Notes: a model not told the origin generated them from the letters alone. Shown: positions 8,803 through 17,794, counted from the stretch's first letter. The stretch is DNA of 64,000 nt from an uncultured Pirellulales bacterium (GCA_964495465.1 CAZBWE010000001.1:2572-66571), one strand, 5' to 3'. A program made the numbers and translations.

Positions 8803-9972
8803 TTAAACGATGCCACATACCTTATTCAGTTCTTCCTGTGTCGTAACGCCATCATCAACCAGGCGCTGGCCGTCGGCCAGTATATTCGTATGGCCCCTGC
8901 TCATTAACAGCGCTTCAAGCTCTTCGAGGTCGGCCTTGGCCAAAATGGCTTTTCGCAAATGGCCGTCCAGTTGAACCATTTCCGCTATTAACACCCGGCC
9001 TTTATAGCCGGTATTAAAACAGTCGTCACATCCTGCTGCTTCAAACACACCTGCTTCAACCTGCCTCTTACATTTTGTGCAAAGTTTTCTGATAAGCCGC
9101 TGGTTCAAAACTGCTGAAATACTTGATGTTACCTGATACGGCTCAATTCCCATCTCCAGCAATCGTAAAAGCGCCCCTGCAGGTGCGCCGCTGTGCATCG
9201 TGCTCATTAGCAGATGTCCTGTTAGTCCTGCTTCGATAGCTATCCTCGCAGTCTCAGCGTCCCTAATCTCTCCGAGCATCAAGACCTGCGGGTCCTGCCG
9301 TAACAGCGACCGTAGTGCCATCGGAAATGTCATCTCGCCTCGAGGTGTAATCTGAACCTGTGTAGCTCCTTCAATCCTGATTTCCACAGGGTCTTCAAGG
9401 GTTACAATACTCTTACCTGAAAAATTCTTTAGAATGTGCCTCAAAACAGCAGCGAGCGTTGTGCTCTTGCCGCTGCCTGCCGGGCCGGTCAGGAGCAGGA
9501 CTCCCTGGTTTTGGGCAGCAATTGTCCTCAAAACTGCATAGATTCGCTCTGAAAAACCCAGCTGCCCCAATTCAATAAGCTCAATATTGCTGTAAAACAA
9601 TCGCACAACTGCTCGCTGGCCGTAGATTGTTGGAAAAATCGCCAGACGCTGGTCAATAATCGCACCGGTCTGATCTTTGGTAATCTCAATCCGGCCTTCC
9701 TGCGGAATATCGTTACGATACGTCAGAAGCCCTCCCAATACTTTCAGCCGTGCAATAATATTGTCGGATATGGATTTAGGCAGTTTTTCTACTATGTTTA
9801 AGACGCCATCGAGACGAAATTTTACCACTAATTCAGCCCCCGTTGGCTCAAAATGGACATCACTGGCACCAAATTCCACTGCTTTTTCGAGCAAATCATC
9901 CACCAAAGATACCACATCCTGCGCATCTTTCTTGTGCTCATAAGCTCTGTTATTATAATCACTTACGCTCAT
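8803..9972 (-). CDS. GspE/PilB-family secretion ATPase lacking the usual N-terminal domains
   Basis: 389 aa. Motifs: Walker A GPAGSGKSTT, Asp box LEDPVEI, Walker B QDPQVLMLGEIRD, His box MSTMHS, and the tetracysteine CTKC...CDDC. Confidence 0.85.
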   Translation of the reverse strand: MSVSDYNNRAYEHKKDAQDVVSLVDDLLEKAVEFGASDVHFEPTGAELVVKFRLDGVLNIVEKLPKSISDNIIARLKVLGGLLTYRNDIPQEGRIEITKDQTGAIIDQRLAIFPTIYGQRAVVRLFYSNIELIELGQLGFSERIYAVLRTIAAQNQGVLLLTGPAGSGKSTTLAAVLRHILKNFSGKSIVTLEDPVEIRIEGATQVQITPRGEMTFPMALRSLLRQDPQVLMLGEIRDAETARIAIEAGLTGHLLMSTMHSGAPAGALLRLLEMGIEPYQVTSSISAVLNQRLIRKLCTKCKRQVEAGVFEAAGCDDCFNTGYKGRVLIAEMVQLDGHLRKAILAKADLEELEALLMSRGHTNILADGQRLVDDGVTTQEELNKVCGIV

Positions 9973-10098
9973 AAAATGATTTTATCCCACAAAAATCATT
10001 AATTTTTAGCTATCTCTATCCGCACAATAAGACGCAAATGCCCATCCAAGCGTTACCTAAAAAACAAAGTTTTTTTTACCACAATTGCTATGTTTTTT

Positions 10099-10124
10099 GT
10101 TAACATATTGTTATGGGCTGCGTC
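10099..10124 (+). promoter_or_regulatory. Candidate ECF-type autoregulated promoter (GTTAAC-N16-CGTC)
   Basis: AAC at 10102..10104 and CGTC at 10121..10124 are separated by 16 nt, about 40 nt upstream of the ECF sigma start. This is a resemblance to the generic ECF -35/-10 pattern only. Confidence 0.2.
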
Positions 10125-10165
10125 TTAAAATGTAGAGAAGTATAAATAGGAAAAACTGGGTTTTT

Positions 10166-10735
10166 ATGTTCGATAAGACAGCCAGCTATGGACTTGTTTG
10201 GGATTTGACCGTCTCCGAAGCCATAGACGAAAGTCAGCGTTGGGTATTGTCCACAATGCAAAGGCACGGCCAAGAGTTAGTTACTATGCTCTGGCGAATT
10301 CTGGGCAATGAACAGGATGTTTGCGACGCTTATCAGAATACGTTTCTTCAGCTGGCCCACTACGAAGGAGGGGAAAAACCCGAACATATAAAAGCGTATA
10401 TCTTCCGCACGGCAAACAACGTGGCAATATCGATGTTAAGACGCAGCGTTGCCGAAAGAAACAGGTTGTCAGCAGCAGTCATTAGCACAAAAAACACAAG
10501 CTCTCCTGCAAATGAGCTTGACTCCAAATACCTGCAGGAAAATTTAAGACGATATATAGCACAATTGCCTGAACATTTAAGAAACGTAATAACGCTGCGC
10601 GACCTGGCAGAATTATCTTACACACAGATTGGCAGGATATTGGGAATATCAGCGGCAACCGCGAGAGTCTATAGGTGTAAAGCGATTCAATTATTAGCTG
10701 TATGGATGAGGAAGGAAGAGCAAAAGATACTATGA
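10166..10735 (+). CDS. ECF-family RNA polymerase sigma factor
   Basis: 189 aa. Region 2 (DVCDAYQNTFLQLAHY, IFRTANNVAISMLRR) and region 4 HTH (LRDLAELSYTQIGRILGISAATARVYRCKA) are both present. Confidence 0.85.
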   Translation: MFDKTASYGLVWDLTVSEAIDESQRWVLSTMQRHGQELVTMLWRILGNEQDVCDAYQNTFLQLAHYEGGEKPEHIKAYIFRTANNVAISMLRRSVAERNRLSAAVISTKNTSSPANELDSKYLQENLRRYIAQLPEHLRNVITLRDLAELSYTQIGRILGISAATARVYRCKAIQLLAVWMRKEEQKIL

Positions 10736-11226
10736 AAACTCGCAACTCAAAAAACAAATGCAGACAAATCAGAACTTGGCTGCAGAAAGCCATAAGCAAC
10801 CGAATCAACCTTAATACCGGCTGGATACAAACCCACATTGCAAATTGTCCAAGATGCCAGCAGCGATTAGCTTCGGTCGGTAAAGTTTACTTTGCGCTGT
10901 CGGTTGTGAAATCACAGCCTCATAATCTTGATTTACTAATGCGAGCAAACACACAGGCCATTAGCACTCTGAAACACAGTCTCCAGCAAGCACCAAAAAC
11001 CAAGAAGCTAAAAACAATGCTACCTGAACCGAAACCGATGGAAAGATGTGGCAAGTATGCTCATTCTATAGCGAATGTAGCTGCATGCATTATAATTCTG
11101 CTGCTTATGAAGATTGGTGTTTTTTCCTCTATGGACAAGTTCCAAACCGAAGGCCAAAAAGCCATCAAGCAGTATTATGCCAGCCATATAGGCAAAGACC
11201 TGACAGATGAGATATTCACCGCCTAA
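10732..11226 (+). CDS. Zinc-binding (ZAS-type) anti-sigma factor, single TM
   Basis: The ATG at 10732 overlaps the sigma stop (ATGA). The H-x3-C-x2-C motif is HIANCPRC, and a C-terminal TM segment is VAACIIILLLMKIGVF. Confidence 0.65.
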   Translation: MKTRNSKNKCRQIRTWLQKAISNRINLNTGWIQTHIANCPRCQQRLASVGKVYFALSVVKSQPHNLDLLMRANTQAISTLKHSLQQAPKTKKLKTMLPEPKPMERCGKYAHSIANVAACIIILLLMKIGVFSSMDKFQTEGQKAIKQYYASHIGKDLTDEIFTA

Positions 11227-11577
11227 TCAGCGATATTCTAAACAACTCCCATAATAATCTCATCATGGTAATTTTCAAAAAGACATTATTTTGTAATTGC
11301 CATCAAAACATCCCAAAACGAAAGTTCCACCTTACCCCCGGAAGCAATTTCATATCGGACGCAGAAAAAATGCCGCTTTTTTACCCTGAGCCGATTTGAT
11401 TAGCCCGAAAATACTTTTTATATTTTACTTGACGGCTTTCACGACAATATTGCACACACTTTTTAATTGCTTGTGAGGAGAAAAAAACAGAATTCCGACT
11501 ATGTTCGTTTGAAAATAGTTCTACCCTTATTTGCAATAAAAACATTAACCCTGTCTTTTTGAGGTATTATTAGAATT

Positions 11578-13446
11578 ATGACACGGCTTTTCGGATTCGG
11601 ACTTAAAGAGAATTGGTCTGACGATAACGGTGCTGGTGACTATTACAGCAACAATTCTGCAGAGGAAATCAAAGGGCTGTCAAACCTGTACAGCCCACAA
11701 GAGGAAAGTTCCGTTCATATCCGGGACATCGCCGATGTTCTCTGCGAAACCGGAAAGATTACTTCCGACCAGCTCTCCTATATAAGACAAACCCAGGAAA
11801 AACAACCCGGCTGCGATGTCACCCAAGTAATCCTTGAATCAAAATTAGCTGATGAGCCGGAGATTTCAATGGCTCGAGCGAGCTTGTTTGGATTCGAGTT
11901 TCGCCGGATTGAGCCGGAGCAAGTTGACAACCAGGTATTCGACAAACTTGAACTTAACTACATAAAAAGCAACCACATCATGCCTATAGCTGTAAACGAC
12001 CAAACACTGGTAGTAGCAACAAGCCGACCTGCAGATTTATTTATCATAGAAGACGTGAAAAGACAAACACGGATGGACATCGAGGTGGTCGTATGCTCTG
12101 ATGAAGACATAAACAAAGTCTGCAATGCGTTTGAGAAAGACAATGCCGACTACCGCCTCGATGACATTATAAGCGATATGACGGATGTTGAGGTGATTCA
12201 GGACCAGCAGGAAGAGTCCGAGGACCTCGAAAAAATGGCAGGCCAATCACCTGTTATTAAATTCGTCAATTATCTAATTAGCAACGCTATACATGAAGGT
12301 GCCAGTGACATCCATATCGAACCGAAGGAAAAGTTCACAAGGATAAGATATCGCATAGATGGGGTGCTTTTTGAAACAATGCAATCACCGTCAAAAATGC
12401 ACCCGGCAATCGTATCCCGAATTAAAATTATGGCCAATCTCGATATATCAGAAAGACGGCTCCCACAAGATGGACAAATTTCAGTTATCGTAAGCAGCAG
12501 AGAAATTGACCTGCGAGTCTCAACCTTACCAACGAATCACGGAGAAAAAGTCGTCATACGTATTCTGGACAGTAAATCGATTATAAGAGAGCTTGAGCAG
12601 TTAGGTATGGAGCCGTCGGTATGCACCGATTTTCGCCGGCAGATAGCACTACCTCACGGGATTTTGCTTGTTACAGGTCCTACCGGCTCCGGCAAAAGCA
12701 CAACGTTGTATTCGGCTTTGTGCCAGATGGACAGCGAGAAATTAAATATTTCCACAGTCGAAGATCCTGTCGAACTACAGCTTGATTTTTGCAATCAAGT
12801 GCAAATTAACGAAAAAATCGGCCTAAATTTTGCCTCAGCACTGCGGAGTTTGCTGCGCCAGGACCCGGATGTAATGATGATTGGTGAGATACGTGATAAT
12901 GAGACCGCCCGTATCGCGGTCCAGGCCGCTCTGACGGGGCACTTAGTTCTTTCCACATTACACACAAACGATGCGGCCAGTAGTATTACCCGGCTGGTCA
13001 ATATCGGCATTGACCCCTATCTGATAGCTGCATCACTAAACACAGTGCTTGCCCAGCGATTAGTCAGAAAGATTTGTCCGAAGTGCAAGCAAACTTACCA
13101 GATGCCGGAGAATATGTGGAAACACATAGAAAACTCAGGGGTTCAGCCGGAACAGCTCTTTCATGGTGTCGGCTGTGATTATTGCAGGGGCTCAGGTTAT
13201 TTAGGCAGAGTGGGTATTTATGAGCTGCTGGTCATTAACGATACATTCAGAGATATAATCAATAAAGACTCTTCCGTCAGCAATATACGTCGTGAGTTCC
13301 GTGAAAGCGGCCGGCTGAGTTTGTTCAATGACGGGATTATAAAAGTAAAACAAGGCCTGACAACAATAGAAGAAGTATTAAGGGTCACAGAAGTTTGCAA
13401 CGAACCATCTGAAGCAGGCCGCAATGAAAACGCAAATCCCGGCTAA
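11578..13446 (+). CDS. pilB: PilB/GspE-type assembly ATPase with full N-terminal domains
   Basis: 622 aa. The N-terminal T2SSE_N-like region contains LSYIRQTQEKQ...ARASLFGFEFRRIEPEQVD...IMPIAVNDQTLVVATSRP. Motifs: Walker A GPTGSGKSTT, VEDPVE, QDPDVMMIGEIRD, STLHTND, and CPKC...CDYC. Confidence 0.85.
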   Translation: MTRLFGFGLKENWSDDNGAGDYYSNNSAEEIKGLSNLYSPQEESSVHIRDIADVLCETGKITSDQLSYIRQTQEKQPGCDVTQVILESKLADEPEISMARASLFGFEFRRIEPEQVDNQVFDKLELNYIKSNHIMPIAVNDQTLVVATSRPADLFIIEDVKRQTRMDIEVVVCSDEDINKVCNAFEKDNADYRLDDIISDMTDVEVIQDQQEESEDLEKMAGQSPVIKFVNYLISNAIHEGASDIHIEPKEKFTRIRYRIDGVLFETMQSPSKMHPAIVSRIKIMANLDISERRLPQDGQISVIVSSREIDLRVSTLPTNHGEKVVIRILDSKSIIRELEQLGMEPSVCTDFRRQIALPHGILLVTGPTGSGKSTTLYSALCQMDSEKLNISTVEDPVELQLDFCNQVQINEKIGLNFASALRSLLRQDPDVMMIGEIRDNETARIAVQAALTGHLVLSTLHTNDAASSITRLVNIGIDPYLIAASLNTVLAQRLVRKICPKCKQTYQMPENMWKHIENSGVQPEQLFHGVGCDYCRGSGYLGRVGIYELLVINDTFRDIINKDSSVSNIRREFRESGRLSLFNDGIIKVKQGLTTIEEVLRVTEVCNEPSEAGRNENANPG

Positions 13447-13509
13447 CGCAGATAAGTATTAAGGATAAACACGAAAAAGTTTATCTGAATAAACAACAGT
13501 TTTTGGATT

Positions 13510-14895
13510 ATGCTGAAAAAATTCGCTATCCTCGGTTCAGTACTATTACTTGCCGGCACTGTCGCGCTTGGATGGGTAATTGTCGAGAAAAAAAAAGAAC
13601 AGCGGCAGCTTGCACCTTATAAGCTAAAGTATGGTTCGGAACCGGATGAGTATATCAAGCAATACAATGAGTGGCTGCAACTGGCTCCCGAAGAGCGTGC
13701 TATGACACCCTGGGGGCAGGACGAATCCGGCAATGCAAAAACAGAAGCTCAGCTACAAAATGAACAACAGGAAAGACTCAAAGCTGACCTGGACAAACTG
13801 GCCGCTGGTGAAATCCACCCTTTCGCTGACATTCTTTATGGCGAGAACTGGCAAAACGAATTAAGCAAATACAAAGAGAAAAAGGAGCTAAGGGAGTTTA
13901 TTCTTACCTGTTCTATTGCCTGTACGTTTGCAGGGGGAGCGATTTTTACGTGCTGTTTATTACTATGGTCGTCCCGGCTGTTCCTTTCCACACTTGATGG
14001 TTCGCCGAGAGAATTATTCATCAATATCATCAGAGGCCGAAAAAACAAAAATATAGAAGCATACACAGCCGATTCAATAAAAGTCCGTAAAAATTCAGAA
14101 GCTTTTATAAATCCTGGCCGGCAAAACTACAATACAGATTTTGAAAACCATAAAAAGTCCGCCTGCGAACAGGTTGCTTTTTCGCCGGCAGGTAATACCG
14201 AATCCGGTTTCTGGAACTCAAAACGCGGAAAAGAACACTCGACAATGCCAAAAATTTCCGTGTTGCTTTCCGATGAAAAATCCAGCGACACTGAAAAGAC
14301 TGTTTTGCCGGACTCTCACAAAAATTCCTTAAACTTTGAAGATGCGCTGAATACTCAAACAGAAACCCTGGAAAAACAGATGGATGAATTCAGGCAGCTG
14401 GCCCAAAACATCCAGCAAGCTGCTCTTGAGCATTCAAATCCCCTTAAAAACGCCCTTGGAGAGCTAATGCAGCAAGTGTCCGCAATTCGTGAATACGCTG
14501 CCTACCAGCAGGACAGGGTGGAAAAGCTTCAGGATGGATATGACTGGAACATAATCAGAACTTTTTGCCTGCGTGTTATACGCTGTATTGACAATCTCGA
14601 AAGTCGCATTAGTCGTCTGTCTGAAAAAAATATTGAGACTTTGGACCTTAAGGAAGTAAGAGACGAGCTTCTTTTCGCCCTGGAATCCAGCGGAGTTGAA
14701 CAATTCGAACTCGGAGTAAACAGTGACTATCGGGGGCAGGAAAAGTTTGCAGAGGCAGTTAAAGAAAAGCAGCAATGCGACGACCCGAAACAGGCCGGCA
14801 AAATTGCACAGGTAATCAGGCCCGGCTACCAATATTTTATTAACGACGAAAATATCAAAGTAGTCCGAACAGCCCAGGTAAAGCTGTTCGGTTGA
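13510..14895 (+). CDS. Membrane-anchored GrpE-like nucleotide-exchange-factor protein
   Basis: 461 aa with TM1 FAILGSVLLLAGTVALGWVIV and TM2 CSIACTFAGGAIFTCCLLLW. The C-terminal ~160 aa align by eye to GrpE: VIRCIDNLESRI matches LLPVIDSLDRAL, and SSGVEQFEL...IAQVIRPGYQYF...VVRTAQVKL matches KFGVEVI...VLGIMQKGYTLNGR.IRAAMVTV. Confidence 0.65.
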   Translation: MLKKFAILGSVLLLAGTVALGWVIVEKKKEQRQLAPYKLKYGSEPDEYIKQYNEWLQLAPEERAMTPWGQDESGNAKTEAQLQNEQQERLKADLDKLAAGEIHPFADILYGENWQNELSKYKEKKELREFILTCSIACTFAGGAIFTCCLLLWSSRLFLSTLDGSPRELFINIIRGRKNKNIEAYTADSIKVRKNSEAFINPGRQNYNTDFENHKKSACEQVAFSPAGNTESGFWNSKRGKEHSTMPKISVLLSDEKSSDTEKTVLPDSHKNSLNFEDALNTQTETLEKQMDEFRQLAQNIQQAALEHSNPLKNALGELMQQVSAIREYAAYQQDRVEKLQDGYDWNIIRTFCLRVIRCIDNLESRISRLSEKNIETLDLKEVRDELLFALESSGVEQFELGVNSDYRGQEKFAEAVKEKQQCDDPKQAGKIAQVIRPGYQYFINDENIKVVRTAQVKLFG

Positions 14896-14948
14896 TACGG
14901 AAAATAAACCGTTTTACAGGCGACCTGCGAGAAGATAAGAGGTGTAAA

Positions 14949-16499
14949 ATGGCAAATATAGTAGGCATAGACCTTGGAACGACCTTCTCGGCATTGGCTA
15001 TTCTCAATGCAATCGGCAAACCGGAGATAATCCCGAACGCCGACGGTGAAAGACTCACTCCGTCTGCAATTTTCTTCGATGAAGAGAATCCCGAAATCAT
15101 CAGGGTAGGCATTGAAGCGATTAATTCACGGCACCTGAATGCTCAAAGGTCGGTTCGCTGGATAAAGCGGTATATGGGAGACTCAAACTATAGAAAAAAA
15201 ATTGACGGCAGGGATTGGTCAGCCGTGGAGTTATCCGCTCTGATTCTAAAAAAGCTCAAACAGGAATGTTCAGCCGAGCATGGTGAAATCCGCGATGCTG
15301 TTATTTCTGTTCCCGCCCACTTCGACGAGGTCCGCCGAAAAGCAACAATGGACGCAGGGGCTTTGGCCGGGCTAAACGTAATCGCGATTGTCAATGAACC
15401 TGTAGCCGCTGCGTTATATTATGCCACAACACGCAAGGTCTCAGGAAAAGTCCTCGTATATGACCTCGGCGGCGGAACATTTGACGTAACCATAATGAAT
15501 GTTAAGGGGCATCAAATAGACATTATCTGTTCACAGGGTGACCACGCACTCGGCGGCATCGACTTCGACCGGAAAATACTCGATATACTTCAGCAGAACT
15601 ATAAGGATAAATTCGGCACCGACCTTATTGGTTCCGAAGAAGACAAGGCAAAGTATGAAGATGAGGCAGAGGATATAAAGAAGACACTATCCCGGCGTGA
15701 AACAGCAAAGAAGATGCTTTACGGCCCAGCCGGCAATATGAGAGTGGAAATCACCCGTGAGACGTTTAAAGAAGCTATCTCTTCACTGGTAGCCCGCACC
15801 GAAATCCTGCTGGAAGTGGCTCTCGATGAGGCAGGCATCAAACCATCTGACATCGATAATGTCCTTCTGGTTGGCGGCAGCACTCGAATACCATTGGTCC
15901 AGCAGCGACTTGAAAAAATGTTCGGATTCGCACCCGAAATAACCGTCAACGTAGATGAATGCGTTGCTCTCGGCTCTGCTTTACATGCCGGCCTAACAAT
16001 GCTAAGAGAAAAACCCAACGATGTGCCGGCGGGAATCTCCAGTGGCCTGCAGGATATTAACCTCACAGACGTCTGCAATCACAGTTACGGCACTATATGC
16101 GCCCCTATCGATAAGGAAACCGGACGACGGGTAATTGCCAATCGTATCATCCTAAAGAAAAACACACCTTTGCCCTGCGAAGCATCGCAAATGTTCTACA
16201 CAATGACTGAGGGGCAAACAGAGGTCGAGGCAACCATAACCCAGGGCGAAGATACTGCTGTTGAGTATGTAAACAAGATTGCGACATATAAATTCGAGCT
16301 TCCTCCAAAAAGACCGGCAGGACGACCAATAAAGGTCACTTACAGTTACGACGTAAACCAAAGAATGCACTGTAAGCTCGAGGACCTCGAATCAGGTAAA
16401 GCACTTGAAGTTGATTTCTACTTAGACAAAAATAGTAAAATTACAGAAAATAACGTCACAGAAAAAAACAATCAACCGGAGCAATCCAAAGTTGAATAG
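14949..16499 (+). CDS. Hsp70-family ATPase, short form without the C-terminal helical lid
   Basis: Start MANIVGIDLGTTFSA, with AAGAGGTG upstream. ATPase motifs: DLGGGTFDV and LVGGSTRIPLVQ. The interdomain linker is LTDVCNHSYG. The beta-sandwich SBD ends at about residue 516, whereas canonical DnaK is over 600 aa. Confidence 0.85.
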   Translation: MANIVGIDLGTTFSALAILNAIGKPEIIPNADGERLTPSAIFFDEENPEIIRVGIEAINSRHLNAQRSVRWIKRYMGDSNYRKKIDGRDWSAVELSALILKKLKQECSAEHGEIRDAVISVPAHFDEVRRKATMDAGALAGLNVIAIVNEPVAAALYYATTRKVSGKVLVYDLGGGTFDVTIMNVKGHQIDIICSQGDHALGGIDFDRKILDILQQNYKDKFGTDLIGSEEDKAKYEDEAEDIKKTLSRRETAKKMLYGPAGNMRVEITRETFKEAISSLVARTEILLEVALDEAGIKPSDIDNVLLVGGSTRIPLVQQRLEKMFGFAPEITVNVDECVALGSALHAGLTMLREKPNDVPAGISSGLQDINLTDVCNHSYGTICAPIDKETGRRVIANRIILKKNTPLPCEASQMFYTMTEGQTEVEATITQGEDTAVEYVNKIATYKFELPPKRPAGRPIKVTYSYDVNQRMHCKLEDLESGKALEVDFYLDKNSKITENNVTEKNNQPEQSKVE

Positions 16500-16522
16500 C
16501 AACAACTGAAGGGGGCCAAAAA

Positions 16523-17794
16523 GTGGCAGGTCATTTCAACTATATAAGTCTAATCAGCCCCATCAGGAATTTTCTCTTTCGTATCTCCGACCGGCTCAGC
16601 AATGCCAGGTTAGCGATGCCGCAAAAAGCGAACCTCGAACAAATTGCAGAGCAACCTGTAGCACCGGATATGCAAATCCTTAACTGCCGAGTTCAACTAA
16701 CAAAGCAAAAAAAGGGCGCCTCCGCTTGTGATGCTTTTGCGGTGGAAATCTGCGGCTCAATCCATAATCCCCGTCTTCAAAGCCAAACAGATACAATCCT
16801 GAAAATTTCGATTACAGACATAACAGATGTTGTTCACCAGTTACATAATAAAAACCGACTCTCGCCCAGACATATTTTTGAGTCAGAAGTGTTACAGGAT
16901 AAAGCAATGCCGGTCCACAGTAATATCAAAGAGTGGCAACTGCAAAACTCACCTGTATTTTGCTATAAAACCGACCTTGGCAAACTTCCCAACGAAGTCA
17001 CGACCCTATCAGACTGGACAGTCGCTGCCCGGATACGCCTGGATTGGCTAACATTCCCCCCCAGGGGAAACAGAAACCTGCAATTCAATGTTTCAGTCCT
17101 TTCCCGCAACAGCGGCGACGAGCTCGCTTGTGCCCTATGCACCTTCATCCACGAGAATACCGAGTACGGATATATAGACTTGCAGGAAAATATCCAACGA
17201 GCTAAAATCCTGACGGTCGCATTGGCGTTCGCTGTCAGTGCAGCAGACAAAAAATTATACGATTGCGAAATTGAACTTATAAAAAACTGGGTAAGAGAAA
17301 ATCTCGATACTGTCGGCTCATCTGATAAAGTCAGACACAACTTCGACAAAGCGCTAAAAAAAACCATCACCTTCTTCCAAAATGGCAATCAGCTCAACAC
17401 CTATAAAATTTGCAGAGAAATCGTTGAAATAGCACCAGTCGCAAATCGCTATGATATTTTGGAACTGTGCCTGTATGTCGCTCAGGCCAAGGGTTTTGCC
17501 GCTGCCGAGGAACTTGCCCTGTTGAAGGACCTGGCAAAATGGCTCGAAGCAGATACGGAACGCTTCAATGAAATGACCGAAAGAATCCTTCCCGTCAATA
17601 TACACCAGGTCAAAGATATGGAAGTGATCCTTGGCGTAAATCCGCGTATGGGCAAAGAAAATACCCGCCGGCATCTGAATAAACTATTCTGCAAATGGAA
17701 TTCGAGGGTAACAAATCCCGACCCTGCGATTCAGAACCAAGCCGACCAGATGTTAAAACTCATCGCAGAAGCAAGAAGTCAATATATAGGATAA
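16523..17794 (+). CDS. Three-part protein: unknown N-terminal domain, TerB-like domain, and a C-terminal J-like helical hairpin lacking HPD
   Basis: 423 aa. GTG start with GAAGGGGG upstream; the alternative is ATG at 16616. The TerB-like region is AKILTVALAFAVSAADKKLYDCEIELIKNWV...LELCLYVAQAKGFAAAEELALLKDLAKWL. The C-terminus ILGVNPRMGKENTRRHLNKLFCKWNSRVTNPDPAIQNQADQMLKLIAEARSQY resembles J-domain helices II-III, with NSR in the position of HPD. Confidence 0.55.
   Translation: MAGHFNYISLISPIRNFLFRISDRLSNARLAMPQKANLEQIAEQPVAPDMQILNCRVQLTKQKKGASACDAFAVEICGSIHNPRLQSQTDTILKISITDITDVVHQLHNKNRLSPRHIFESEVLQDKAMPVHSNIKEWQLQNSPVFCYKTDLGKLPNEVTTLSDWTVAARIRLDWLTFPPRGNRNLQFNVSVLSRNSGDELACALCTFIHENTEYGYIDLQENIQRAKILTVALAFAVSAADKKLYDCEIELIKNWVRENLDTVGSSDKVRHNFDKALKKTITFFQNGNQLNTYKICREIVEIAPVANRYDILELCLYVAQAKGFAAAEELALLKDLAKWLEADTERFNEMTERILPVNIHQVKDMEVILGVNPRMGKENTRRHLNKLFCKWNSRVTNPDPAIQNQADQMLKLIAEARSQYIG

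Noticed and set aside
14892-14948. 19-aa extension of the Hsp70 ORF (MIRKINRF...)
   Set aside because: The canonical Hsp70 N-terminus (M-x-x-IVGIDLGTT) begins at 14949, with AAGAGGTG upstream. The longer start overlaps the GrpE-like stop and has no RBS.
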